From an uncultured Nitrospinota bacterium (GTDB lineage Bacteria > Tectomicrobia > Entotheonellia > J063 > CAVPRW01), in contig CAVPRW010000008.1 of assembly GCA_963707985.1 (NCBI GenBank), positions 128,001 to 192,000 on the forward strand: a stretch of DNA of 64,000 nt. The letters are read 5' to 3'. Each line of letters begins with the position of its first letter. Positions within the stretch are counted from its first letter, which is position 1. Under the pieces are notes generated by a model. That model saw nothing but the letters and a program-made list of their open reading frames with translations, was not told where the DNA came from and ran no database searches. The translations under genes were made by a program, and so were the position numbers. Positions 30,061 through 40,274 of the stretch are shown here, piece after piece.

Positions 30061-30507
30061 ATGACGACTCGACGCCTGGTGGCGATGCTGATCGCGGTGG
30101 TGGCGGCGGTGGCGTTCGCGCCCTTCGCGGGGGCCGCCCAGTTGGACGATGAGGCGCTGGACGACATGCCCGTCCACGGGCGTATCGCCCCGCATGGGCG
30201 CTTCGTCGGGCACCTGACGATTACTGCCGTGGCCGTCGATGACGCGCGCCACCTCTTCCTGACAGGGGTGCTTCAGGGCACCGCGACCGATCGCACTGGG
30301 GCCACCACTCAGGTGAAGCCTCAGCCCTTCACCGCCCCGGCCACTGTCATGGAGGCTGACCACACGACCGACGTCCTGCTCCTGCAGCTGGGGCCGATGA
30401 CGCTCACCTCCGTGGGGAAACCGGTGACACTCGCGCCGATCCCGCTCGACATCGATGCCGTGCCCGAGGAGGGCCCTCTGCTGGCGTCGCGGCGGCCCAC
30501 GCGCTGA
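30061..30507 (+). CDS. Secreted hypothetical protein, paralogue A
   Basis: Signal peptide; GRFVGHLTI...LFLTGVLQGTATDRTG...PFTAPA...TTDVLL...LAPIPLDIDAVP. Confidence 0.75.
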   Translation: MTTRRLVAMLIAVVAAVAFAPFAGAAQLDDEALDDMPVHGRIAPHGRFVGHLTITAVAVDDARHLFLTGVLQGTATDRTGATTQVKPQPFTAPATVMEADHTTDVLLLQLGPMTLTSVGKPVTLAPIPLDIDAVPEEGPLLASRRPTR

Positions 30508-30840
30508 CGTCGGGAGCGCAGGCGACCGGGAAGACGAAGAGGGCTCCCACAAACCTTTCTCCGCCGCTATCTCCCCACACCAAAACGCCCCAGGCACGTA
30601 TGCCTGGGACCCTTGATCGTTCTTTCTTCCCTCACCAGTTTGGGGTTGCAGGCACAATCGCCGTCATGCCGAGCTCCACATGACGATGATCATCCCAAGT
30701 ACCGGATCATGCCGAGTTCTTCCCTCTCACACCGCTGTCACGCAGGCAAGTCGGCACGGCCCCATACATCCTACTCGGTATGATCCAACCATGCGATCCT
30801 TCTCCTTTTCCAGTCAACCCTTGCGGAAAAGGAGAATCCC

Positions 30841-32350
30841 AGGCTCGAACACGTCTTTATCCGGACGCGCGTGATCGCCCGGTTACGATGTGGCCCACTG
30901 GCGCCATCTCTGGACGACCTCGCCACCTCTCTCCACCACCAAGGATACGCCCCAAGCAGTATTCAGCGCTATCTGCACGCTGGCGATCGGTTTGGTCGGT
31001 GGCTCCAAGGGCAAGGCGATGTTCTCCGTGACATGGATGAAGCCGTCTTACACCGCTAGGTCTCCGGTCGCCAGCGTTACCGTTCCGGCCACCTCCCCAA
31101 AGCGGCCCAGGGCCTCAACCACCTCTGGAGATTCCTCCAACGACACGGTGTGGTGCACCAACAGCATGCTGTGACCCCGAGCGCCCCGCTCGATCAGTGG
31201 CTCACGGAGTACGACGCCTACCTTGCACAGGTCGTTGGCTTAGCCGTGAGTACCCGTCAGTACTAGCGACGTATTGTCAGACGCTTCGTGATCGCGTGCT
31301 TTGGAGCGGAGGCGCCTGTCTGGCAGGCGGTCACCGCGACGATGACGACGGCGTTTGTCCAGCATGAAGCCACCCTATGCCAGGGCTCTGGCCGGAAGTG
31401 ACCGGCGGTGGCAGTCCGCTCCTGTCTGCGGTTTCTGGTGTTCCGAGGTGAGATGCGCCCCGGTTTAGAAGCCGCCGCCCCATCACCACCGCAGTGGCGC
31501 CATGCGGCGCTGCCGTCACGACTGACGCCAGAGGATGTCGAGCGCGTGCTGGCAGTGTACCAAGACGGTACCCCCAGCAGTCTGCACAACCGCGCCATGC
31601 GCATGCTGCTCGCTCGCCTCGGCCTGCGTACGCAGGCCGTGATCTCGCTCTGCCTCGAGGACATCGATTGGGCCGACGGTCGGTTAGACCTGCGTCCCGG
31701 CATTGCAAGCCATATCTTTCGGCATACCGCCGCGTCCCAGATGCTCAACCACGGTGCCAGCTTCACAGAGGTGGCCGACGTCTTGGGTCACCAGTCATGA
31801 CAGACCACAGAGATCTACGCCAAATTGGAGCTGGAGGCTTGGGCGGCAGTCGCCTGGCCGTGGTTCGGAGGTGCCCCATGCCCGCCAACTTTTTCGATAC
31901 GCCGCTGGTGGCGTATCTGAACCTGCGCGAAGCACTCGGCTTCCAGATGCGCGCCGAGAAAACACTCCTTCCTGACTTTGTGGCATTTGTGAAAGTCCAA
32001 GGGCCCCCCGGTCCGATCCGTACTCAGCTGGCGTGAGCGTGGGCCTGTCAGCAATCCGCGCGACGAGGGCCAAGCGGTGCCGCTCGACGCCTCAGTATGG
32101 CACGCGGGTTTCTCCTCTACCTCCGCGCCTCCGCGCCCGACACCGACGTGCCAGCGCCGGGCCTGGTGCCAGCCCCACGGCGACCCCCACCATATCTTTT
32201 TACACCAACGCAGCTGACAGCCCTCTTGGCGGCGGCGCAGGCGAGTCGTGCGCGCGGATCGTTACGCTCCCACACCTTATCCACCCTCATCGGTCTGCTG
32301 GCCAGCACTGGATGCGGGCGGGCGAGGCGAGCCGCTTACCAGTTGAGCAT
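30841..32350 (+). mobile_element. Decayed RIT (recombinase-in-trio) element: ritA and ritB tyrosine recombinase remnants
   Basis: GPLAPSLDDL...GYAPSS, LLARLGLR, HIFRHTAASQML...LGHQS, then YLNLREALGF...PYLFT...GLLASTG. Many stops and deletions; ritC not seen. Confidence 0.75.
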
Positions 32351-32424
32351 GTCAAGAATAGTCTCACATTGATATGCTCCAGCCCGTCAGCCCATGGGGC
32401 AGACGTCGCGCCCATATTCTGCTC

Positions 32425-32868
32425 TTAGTTCAGAAGCATCGGGAACAGAAGGCTTTCATCCGGGACGGCCTCGATGTCGAGGGGAACCGGGGCGAGCGTC
32501 AGCTGCCGTCCCACCGAGGCGAGGGCGATCGGGGCCATCTTGACGAGCACGACGTCCGTCGTCTGCTCGGCGTTGATCGGCACCGCCGGCGCCGTGAATG
32601 GTTGACGCCGCACCTGAGTCGTGGTCCCGGTGCGGTGGGTCGCGGTGCCGTGGAGCACCCCCGTCAGGAGGAGATGGCCCGCGTCGACCACGGTGACGGT
32701 CTCAATGATGAGGGTCCCGACGAAGCGCCCGTCAGGGGACAAGCGCCCTTGGACGGGAATCGCTTCCAGGTCGGTCTCTGGCGGCAAGGCGGCCCCGAGC
32801 CACGGGGCCAGCATCAGCGCACTCATCACCGCGGCAATCAAGACATACGAGGTGCGTCGAGTAGTCAT
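32425..32868 (-). CDS. Secreted hypothetical protein, paralogue B
   Basis: Aligns by eye over its full length to 30061-30507 (GRFVGTLII...LLTGVLHGTATHRTG...PFTAPA...LAPVPLDIEAVP). Confidence 0.75.
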   Translation of the reverse strand: MTTRRTSYVLIAAVMSALMLAPWLGAALPPETDLEAIPVQGRLSPDGRFVGTLIIETVTVVDAGHLLLTGVLHGTATHRTGTTTQVRRQPFTAPAVPINAEQTTDVVLVKMAPIALASVGRQLTLAPVPLDIEAVPDESLLFPMLLN

Positions 32869-32932
32869 GGCATCTTCCTCCGGGATAGGGTGCACTCCTG
32901 AAGTCAGCGCGACCTGATACTGACGTACATAA

Positions 32933-32949
32933 AGCAATAGACATGCCAA
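32933..32949 (-). promoter_or_regulatory. Sigma54 -24/-12 promoter
   Basis: TTGGCAT-GTCTA-TTGCT on the minus strand, about 65 bp upstream of the ATG at 32868. Confidence 0.65.
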
Positions 32950-33066
32950 CCCGAACGACATTTGCTGAGGTCGCCATCCGGCTGCCGAACTAGCCGTGTC
33001 GTGTGTGTTGGGAGCAGGGGAGATGTGGAGACCAACGCTGAGCGGCATCGCAGGCGCTCCGACAGC

Positions 33067-33447
33067 TCACGCGGTGCGGGAGCACACACGCTGCAGGGTG
33101 GCGTCCAGGGTCGGCAGATGGATCGGTTTCGGCACAAATCCTGCCGCCTGGGTAGTGGCCTGGAAGCGCTCGATGGTCGCCGAATCCGCATGGGCGCTCA
33201 TGTAGACAACGGGGATCGGCGCCGCGGCCTGAATGTGCCGTGCGGCGTCAACGCCGTCCATAGGCCCGTGCAAATGGATGTCCATGAGCACGACATGGGG
33301 GTGGAGGGAAAGGGCCTGTTGAATGGCCTGAGGGCCGCTACTGGCCTGAGCGACGACCTGATACCCAAGGCTCCGGAGCTGTGTGGCCAAGTGTAATGCC
33401 GTCATCGATTCATCCTCGACAATGACCATGCGGGCCGGAGGGTCCAT
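33067..33447 (-). CDS. Single-domain response regulator
   Basis: VIVEDE, VVLMDI, VVYMSA and KP motifs; similar to 11879-12253. Confidence 0.85.
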   Translation of the reverse strand: MDPPARMVIVEDESMTALHLATQLRSLGYQVVAQASSGPQAIQQALSLHPHVVLMDIHLHGPMDGVDAARHIQAAAPIPVVYMSAHADSATIERFQATTQAAGFVPKPIHLPTLDATLQRVCSRTA

Positions 33448-33690
33448 CGTGCCACCTTTTTAGGGGGGGCGCTCGCCATCGGAGACTCAACGTCGCACGT
33501 GACGCGCCTTGTCTAGCTACCGAGCAATTTTTGTACCTTGAAGGTCATAAACCGATTTCGCTCATAGATGTACGCATATGCAGAGGAACGGCGGCATGAG
33601 GCCTACGGCTGTTCATGATCAATCGTGATCATTTTGAGAGGTGCAGGGGAGGGAGAGACTCAAAAATGCCGTGCCCCGCCGGCCCATGTG

Positions 33691-34227
33691 CTACATCACG
33701 CGCCAGAAATGGGGTGTTACCCGTTCCCTCCCCTGACCTGCACCATGTAATTCGCCGCCTCTCCGATCGATCGTCGCCGTATCGCTGTCGTTCCCAAGGA
33801 ACACGACGACCGAGCGCGTCGGGTCTACCGCACTAATCGTGGCGGTATTCAACGTCCCCCCACCGCCAAGCGCGATGCTGCCCCGCTGCACGCTCGCCAC
33901 CATGCTGCTGGCAAATTCCACCGCCCTGCCACGCGCAAAAAACTGCAGAGCGCTGCCATCCCAACTGCCGCGGTGCACCTGCACGGTGTCGGTATCGACA
34001 AAGCTCAGCCGCCCCAACGCGTCGTCCGCTCCCATTCCCGTCACGTCCGAGCCGGTCCGCACGCCATTACGGAAGGGCACGCTACGCATCAGCAGGAAGC
34101 TGCTGCCAAGGTCCACCGACTTATTCAGTTCCGTGGTGCCGCTGATCTGGAACGCTTCGGTCTTGCCCGGCACAGCGACCGCAGTGCCGAGGCCCAAATG
34201 GTAATGATAGAGGGTGGCGGAGGGCAT
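33691..34227 (-). pseudogene. Internal fragment of a larger repeat protein (possibly virion or surface protein)
   Basis: SVQRG...TATISAVDPTRSVVVFLG beta-rich repeat; abuts an IS end. Confidence 0.4.
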
Positions 34228-34251
34228 GGTTTTCTGAGACTTGGAGCCTTA

Positions 34252-35005
34252 TACTTAGTGACCACTCATTTATTGAGGCCTTGCAGTGAGTGACTTGACG
34301 GCATCTCAAACGCAGCCGACGGCGGAACGTGCGTGCCCGTTTCGACAGACGAGACGCACTGTTTGGGGGCCTTCGACAGGGTGGCTGCATCCTGCACCCG
34401 TGGGCTCCCCTGCGCACGCGGCCAGATGTCGACGACCAGGTGCGCCGGGCGGACCAGAGCGTCCGCCATCGCCGGCGCGGCCTGCATGGCCAGCCGTTCC
34501 GCCAGCAGTGGCGCCTCCAGACGGCGGCGAACGTGGGCGCGCCCCGCAGGCAGCACAAACGGCTCCTGGGAGCCGTCTACCTGGACCGCTTGGCTCCCAC
34601 AGGCGTTCATCACCGCGAGGTCGGTCCGCACCCGGCGACCGATCTGGGCGTCGGCACAGGCCCACGCAGGTTTCAACCCCTCCAACGCCACCAACACCCG
34701 CGTTGAGCCGGGCGGACGTCCACGCGTGGTGCGTGGGGGGCAGCGTTGGGCGCATGAGCGGTCCCCGGCCGCGACTAGGGCCGCCCACGGACACGTCTCA
34801 GCCCATGGGCGAATGGGGTGCGTGTCTGGGACGCAATCTGCGACCTGCAGGCCTGGTCCTCGGCCTGTCAGCCAATGCTGAAGGAATTGTCAGAGCGGCA
34901 TCGTCGGCTCTCCGGATCGGGGGAAGAAGGGACCCCCAGCAGACGACGATCCGATCCACATGACAATCCCCGCTTGGGGGGGAATAAATTAGTAGTCACT
35001 ACGTA
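34252..35005 (-). mobile_element. Internally deleted IS with a degraded transposase (family uncertain)
   Basis: 23-bp imperfect terminal IR, TACTTAGTGACCACTCATTTATT versus TACGTAGTGACTACTAATTTATT. Transposase-like segments GRPPGSTR, VRTDLAVM and HLVVD are present. Confidence 0.7.
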
Positions 35006-35133
35006 CTCCTGTAGTGCTAGGGGAACACCGGGGCTCGTACAATGGACAATTTGCTTTCAAAGATGGTATGCTCGCGCTGAGATATCGCCTCGGACATCGG
35101 CCTTCGTGCACACCCTTGTCAGGAGAGATTGCC

Positions 35134-35886
35134 ATGCCGTTTTATGAACGAGGAGACGTTCGCATCCACTACGAGGAGGTCGGCTCCGGCTTTCCGTTGA
35201 TGATTATCCCCGGCGGCGGGCTGAACTCGACGATCGCGGGCCTCGCGAACCACCCCTTCAACCCGATGGAGGAGTTCAAGGGTGAGTACCGCGTGATCGC
35301 GGCGGATTTGCGCAACGCCAACCCCGGCCAATCCACCGGCCCGCTCGAGATCGACCGGCCCTGGGACGCATACGCCGACGACCAGCTCGGCCTGATGGAT
35401 CACCTGGGCATCGGCGACTTCATGGTGCTGGGCTTCTGCATCGGCGGCCCCTTCATCTGGAACCTGTTGCAGCGAGCGCCCGATCGCATCGTCGCGGCCG
35501 TGCTGGCGCAGCCCAGCGGGTTCCGTCCGGAGCTGCCCGACCTCTCCTACCAGAACAACATGAAGGGCTGGGGTCCAGCGCTCTGCGCGCGCCGGCCTGA
35601 CATCACGATGGAGATGGTCCACGACTTTCTCACCAACATGTACACCAAGCGCGCCGACTTCGTCTACACCGTGACACGCGACTTCGTGCGCTCCTGCCAG
35701 ACGCCGGTACTGGTCCTGCCGGACGACGTCCCGGCGCACCCGTACGCCGTGGCGATGGAGACCGTGCGTCTCGCGCCGAAGTCCGAAGTGAGCATCTACC
35801 CCTGGAAGGATCCCAAGGACCTGATCCCCCAAGCGGTGCAGCACGTGCGCGAGTTCCTGCGGAAGCACCGGCCCGCGATGGCTTGA
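35134..35886 (+). CDS. Alpha/beta-fold hydrolase with a Cys nucleophile elbow
   Basis: RIHYEEVGSGFPL, PGGG, DLRN and GFCIGG motifs. Confidence 0.85.
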   Translation: MPFYERGDVRIHYEEVGSGFPLMIIPGGGLNSTIAGLANHPFNPMEEFKGEYRVIAADLRNANPGQSTGPLEIDRPWDAYADDQLGLMDHLGIGDFMVLGFCIGGPFIWNLLQRAPDRIVAAVLAQPSGFRPELPDLSYQNNMKGWGPALCARRPDITMEMVHDFLTNMYTKRADFVYTVTRDFVRSCQTPVLVLPDDVPAHPYAVAMETVRLAPKSEVSIYPWKDPKDLIPQAVQHVREFLRKHRPAMA

Positions 35887-35900
35887 AGGAGGGAGCGATC

Positions 35901-36863
35901 ATGACTATCGGTGTCCTGGCTCTCGTGGGACTCACGCCTGAACGCGTGGCCGCACTGACCGCCGCCGGCTACGCCGTTCGCGAGGGGAAGAAGTATGCCA
36001 ACCGGAGAGACGCCGTTCGCGAGGCAGGCGATACCGTCAGGGCCGTGTTGACCAACGGCCGTGGGGGCTTGAGCGGCGACGAGATGGCATGGCTTCCGAA
36101 TCTCGAGATCGTGTGCACCGGCAGCGCAGGCTATGAGGCGGTCGATCTGGACACCGCCCGGCGCCGAGGCATCGTGGTCGCCAATTGCCCCGACGCGAAC
36201 GCCCCCGCGGTCGCCGACTCCGCGATGATGCTGTTGATGGCCACGACGCGGCACCTGCTTCAGGCCGATCGCTTCGTGCGCGCCGGTGGATGGCAGGATC
36301 AATGGCGTGTCGACACCCCGACCATTTCCGGCAAGCGCCTGGGTATTCTCGGTCTCGGAAAAATCGGGAGCAGGATTGCGCAGCGCGCCGCGCGCGGCTT
36401 CGACATGGAGATCGGCTATCACAACCGGACGGCGGTCGCCGGATCCCCCTATCGCTATTTCGACAGTCTCATCGAGCTGGCCACGTGGGCCGATTTCCTG
36501 ATCTGCGCCGCGCCAGGCGGCGCGGGGACGCGGCACCTCGTCAACGCGGACGTGCTCACGGCGCTCGGACCGCAAGGCTATCTCGTCAACGTCGGGCGCG
36601 GGACGGTCGTGGATACACAGGCCCTGATCGAAGCGCTGCGATCGCAGCGCATTGCGGGGGCTGGCCTGGATGTCCTCGAGGGTGAACCGAGCGTCCCGCC
36701 AATACTGCCGGAGCTTCTGCAATGCGACAACGTGGTGGTCACGCCGCATGTCGCCGGGCGCGCGCCGGAGTCGCGCACCGCGGCGACCGCGTTGATTCTC
36801 GACAACCTGAACGCGTATTTTGCGGGCAAGCCGCTGCCCTCTCCGGTCTCATTCAAAGGCTGA
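35901..36863 (+). CDS. D-2-hydroxyacid dehydrogenase
   Basis: GILGLGKIG, VNVGRG, AGLDVLEGEP and TPHVAG motifs. Confidence 0.92.
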   Translation: MTIGVLALVGLTPERVAALTAAGYAVREGKKYANRRDAVREAGDTVRAVLTNGRGGLSGDEMAWLPNLEIVCTGSAGYEAVDLDTARRRGIVVANCPDANAPAVADSAMMLLMATTRHLLQADRFVRAGGWQDQWRVDTPTISGKRLGILGLGKIGSRIAQRAARGFDMEIGYHNRTAVAGSPYRYFDSLIELATWADFLICAAPGGAGTRHLVNADVLTALGPQGYLVNVGRGTVVDTQALIEALRSQRIAGAGLDVLEGEPSVPPILPELLQCDNVVVTPHVAGRAPESRTAATALILDNLNAYFAGKPLPSPVSFKG

Positions 36864-37041
36864 GTGCGCCTATAAGCTGAGCGTCGACTTCTGGCTCTGT
36901 GGCGCCGGAAGCATCCCGCGCGTCGCGCGGCTGACTGGCCACTCTCAGTCTGGAAGGTTGGAGTAGCTACGGTCGAACCGAACAAAGGTACCAAAAGTTT
37001 CATAGGCGTCAAGGGTCAGCGATAGGCAAGCCCAAGCAGGG

Positions 37042-37210
37042 CTACCTCCTCGGATCTGGTCTGGGCTGAAGCTTGCACGTGTGAATGAAGTGCTGGAGGG
37101 TGGTCGGAGAGACCTCGACGATGCGGGCAATGGACGCTTTGGAGACATGCTTGCGGAGGAGCAGCTCGATCTCCCGCTCCTTGCCTTCGAGCTTCGACTT
37201 CCCCAAGGAC
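37042..37210 (-). pseudogene. C-terminal fragment of a serine resolvase (HTH)
   Basis: SLGKSKLEGKEREIELLL...SKASIARIVEVSPTTL; cut by the adjacent IS. Confidence 0.6.
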
Positions 37211-38061
37211 TGTCTGTCCCGAAAACCTAAAATCATTCATAAATTTGACTTTTTTCGATTTCCCTATCATGTTGGAGCAGCGGACTCCTTCATCTTCCGA
37301 CATGTTATTGTGAAGAGGTTTCTGATCACGCTTCCCGTCATCTCGGCTCTGCTGGCCTTCGTTGTGGGCCTCGTTCGGTCGCGGGCATCACTGTGCCTGG
37401 AACACCTGGCCCTACGGCATCAATTGGCGGTCTATCAACAGACCATTGATCGCCCGCGTCTTCGTTCGACCGATCGGGTGCTCTGGGCGTGGGGCTGTCT
37501 CGGTTCTGGCCAGGCTGGCTCGATGCCCTGGCATTCGTCCAGCCTCGCACGGTCATTGCCTGGCAACGGAAGCGATTCCGGCGCCCACTGGCGGCGCCTG
37601 AGCCAGCACGGAAAGCCCGGTCGTCCGACGATTGCGCAGGACGTGCGAAACCTGATTCGGACGATGTGGCAGGCCAATCCGACGTGGGGCGTACCTCGCA
37701 TTGTCGGGGCACTGCGGAAGCTTGGTATTGACGTCGCCAAGTCGACGGTGGAGACGTATCGTGTCCGACCGAAGAAGCCGTCGTCCCCGACGTGGAAGAC
37801 CTTTCTCACGAATCATGTGCAGGACCTGGTGGCCTTGGATTTCTTTATCGTGCCGACGGTCACCCACAAGGTCTTGTTCGTCCTACCGATCCTGGCTCAT
37901 CATCGTCGACAGGTCATCCATTTTAACGTCACCGACCATCCCACCGCCCAGTGGACCGCGCAACAGGTGGTGGACGCCTTTCCGTGGTATGAGGCCCCAC
38001 GCTACCTGCCATGTGCGCAAATCTGCCGCTATACGGTTGTGACGGGTTTTCGGGACCCACA
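37211..38061 (+). mobile_element. Internally deleted IS with an integrase-core (rve) transposase, IS3/IS481-like
   Basis: TGT...ACA ends with IR TGTCTGTCCCGAAAACC / TGTGGGTCCCGAAAACC. Motifs LALRHQL, NPTWGVPRI, WKTFL.NH and DFFIVPT; frameshifted. Confidence 0.8.
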
Positions 38062-38080
38062 GCTTCCAGCATGGCCCCCA

Positions 38081-39676
38081 TCACTCGTGCTCCTCATGCA
38101 TAGGGATGTCGTGGCCACCCCGTCGCGCCGCTGCCAATGCCGCAGTAACCAGACCGATGGCCATGCCGAACACCACCACCCCGCTCAGTTGCATCCAGCC
38201 ACTGATTCCCACCGGCTGGATGACCTCGCGCAGCTGCGCCACGAACAAGAACTCTCCACCAGGGGCAGATTGCATCCCTCTGAGGCCGGCGAGCGCCGCG
38301 AGCAGTGTTGCCCCGATAAGTACTCCGGCAATGGTGCCGAATAATCCACGCCACACCAGGGCTGTTGTAGAGAGGGGCGGCAACGCGATGGATTTTTCCA
38401 TGGTGAAGAGAGGTTCCCGCACGCCTAACGGTGCAAAACGATGCAAGAGGAGCATCCCCGGCACACCCGCCACAATGGTGCTCCAGAAGAATAGCTTCCA
38501 CCCCAGGGCATCGACTAGGAAACCACTTATCGGGCCTGCCAGCAGGCGTGGCAGACCGAATAAACTGGAAAAGAGCGCATATTGCGTTGCTGAAAACCGC
38601 TTCTGCGTGAGGCGCAACAAAAGCACCGCAAAGGCCCCCGTTCCCATCCCCTGGGTCAAACTCTCAAATGCCATGGCGTTATACATCAAAGTGCGATTGA
38701 GACCGCTGTCTGCCAAGAGGATGTAGCCGACGTTGGAGAAGATCTGCAGAAAGCCAAAGACCCAGAGCGAGTGGCCAAGCCCCAAAAAAGTCGTCAACAT
38801 GCCACCGATGAAGGTGCCGGTGAGGCTGGCGGCAAGTCCCACCGTCGCCAGTGCCACCCCACGATCGAAAGCGCTATATCCCAAATCGATCAGAAATGGG
38901 CGCAAAAGCGCCCCCGCGAGGTTATCGGCCAGTTTATAGCAGGCGACGAAGGCGAGGATTTCGAGGGCCCGGCTACGTTGGAACACCCCCAAAAATGGAT
39001 ACCAGATGGCGGCCCGCAGTGTCTTTGGTGCAGTGGGTCGATCTTCTACCTCAGGGGCTTTCCAGGTGATCAGCAGCATTGGGACATACAGCAGTGCCAG
39101 GCACAGATTCACCAGCGGCCAAGAATACTGGGCCGCCAGCGTAATGCTCAGCCCCCCGGAGACATACATCGCGGCTCGATAGATCGCCGTCCGTGCCCCC
39201 ACGGCGACACCCTGCTCCTCCGGTCTCAGGATTTCGACGGCATAGGCGTCAATAGCGATATCTTGCGTGGCCGAGGCAAAGGCGATCGCCAAAGCCAGGG
39301 CGCCAACGACCCAGGGGGTATCAGGGTGATCTCCGCACCCTATCAGCCATAGCGTGAGGGCGAACAAAGCCACCTGGGATACCGCTGCCCAACCCCGTCT
39401 CCGTCCAAGCCAAGGGAGGGTGTAGCGGTCAATGAATGGAGACCAGAGGATCTTGAACGTCCAGGGTGCCTGCGCCAGGGTCATCAGCCCCACGACACGG
39501 ATGTCGACGCCGATGCTGCGCATCCAATCGGGAATGGCTATGAGGACGAGCCCAAAGGGGAGGCCGGATGAAAATGACAAGAGGGAAACCGCTGCGGTCC
39601 GCCAGGAGGTCATCGACTGGGCGATACCGCGGAGAGCTCCGGGATGATCGCTATTTGGGGATTTCAAGTCGGCCAC
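38081..39676 (-). CDS. ampG: AmpG-family muropeptide MFS permease
   Basis: SSGLP, PWTFKILWSPFID, GRRRGW, SATQDIAIDAY and FSATQYALFSS motifs. Confidence 0.88.
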   Translation of the reverse strand: MADLKSPNSDHPGALRGIAQSMTSWRTAAVSLLSFSSGLPFGLVLIAIPDWMRSIGVDIRVVGLMTLAQAPWTFKILWSPFIDRYTLPWLGRRRGWAAVSQVALFALTLWLIGCGDHPDTPWVVGALALAIAFASATQDIAIDAYAVEILRPEEQGVAVGARTAIYRAAMYVSGGLSITLAAQYSWPLVNLCLALLYVPMLLITWKAPEVEDRPTAPKTLRAAIWYPFLGVFQRSRALEILAFVACYKLADNLAGALLRPFLIDLGYSAFDRGVALATVGLAASLTGTFIGGMLTTFLGLGHSLWVFGFLQIFSNVGYILLADSGLNRTLMYNAMAFESLTQGMGTGAFAVLLLRLTQKRFSATQYALFSSLFGLPRLLAGPISGFLVDALGWKLFFWSTIVAGVPGMLLLHRFAPLGVREPLFTMEKSIALPPLSTTALVWRGLFGTIAGVLIGATLLAALAGLRGMQSAPGGEFLFVAQLREVIQPVGISGWMQLSGVVVFGMAIGLVTAALAAARRGGHDIPMHEEHE

Positions 39677-39720
39677 CGCGTTGCCAACATGCTAACGCTT
39701 GTCGATTCCCCCAAACAGTT

Positions 39721-40167
39721 TCACGATAACAGAAGGACGACATGTAGGAAAAGCAGCCCCGTATAGCCGCCAGCCAGGCCAAGAAGCCCTCGAGATGCCA
39801 TGGGAAAACAGTGGTGGGCCACCAGAAACCATCCGCTGATGCCAGTGAGGGCCATTTTGAGTCCCACAAATGGCGTCTGCCCATAACTGAGGACAAAAGC
39901 CATGAAGGGGTTCGCTTCTTGTCCCCCACGCTGCAGAAACAGCAATGTACACAGGGCATCGAGAGCAGAGGCCCCGAGCACAAAGAAGAGCAAAACCACC
40001 GCACGTCGAGAAGGACAGTCGACGTAAGCAAAGCATGCATCGTCAGCTCGGCGGAACTCTTTGCGTCGCCCATGGACTCGCAAGGTACTCCAGAATGTTG
40101 TAGGACCTAGGCGACGGTCGAGCTGCCAACGTCGCTCGGCAATGACAACTCCCATTGGATGTTCCAT
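39721..40167 (-). CDS. DUF5658-like membrane protein
   Basis: ERR..DRR N-terminus, LDALCTL...GGQEANPFM and three TM segments. Confidence 0.7.
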   Translation of the reverse strand: MEHPMGVVIAERRWQLDRRLGPTTFWSTLRVHGRRKEFRRADDACFAYVDCPSRRAVVLLFFVLGASALDALCTLLFLQRGGQEANPFMAFVLSYGQTPFVGLKMALTGISGWFLVAHHCFPMASRGLLGLAGGYTGLLFLHVVLLLS

Positions 40168-40274
40168 GCTGTGCTACCCTTCTCTGCGCTGCTCACCGAC
40201 TGCACTGCTGGCACGCCGTTTCGCCTTCCCCCTCGATAGGTGTAAAAATATCCTCACAGAAAAGCGGCAAATTG

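Larger units (their letters stand above)
19440..38062. mobile_element. Decayed genomic island downstream of ssrA
   Basis: Dense IS, recombinase and pseudogene content with mosaic base composition, between ssrA and the ampG 3' end. No intact integrase or attR was found. Confidence 0.65.

Noticed and set aside
33750..34460. Possible attR copy of the ssrA 3' end (CGCCGCCTC and CGCCTCCA matches)
   Set aside because: Matches of 8-9 bp are expected by chance in GC-rich DNA.
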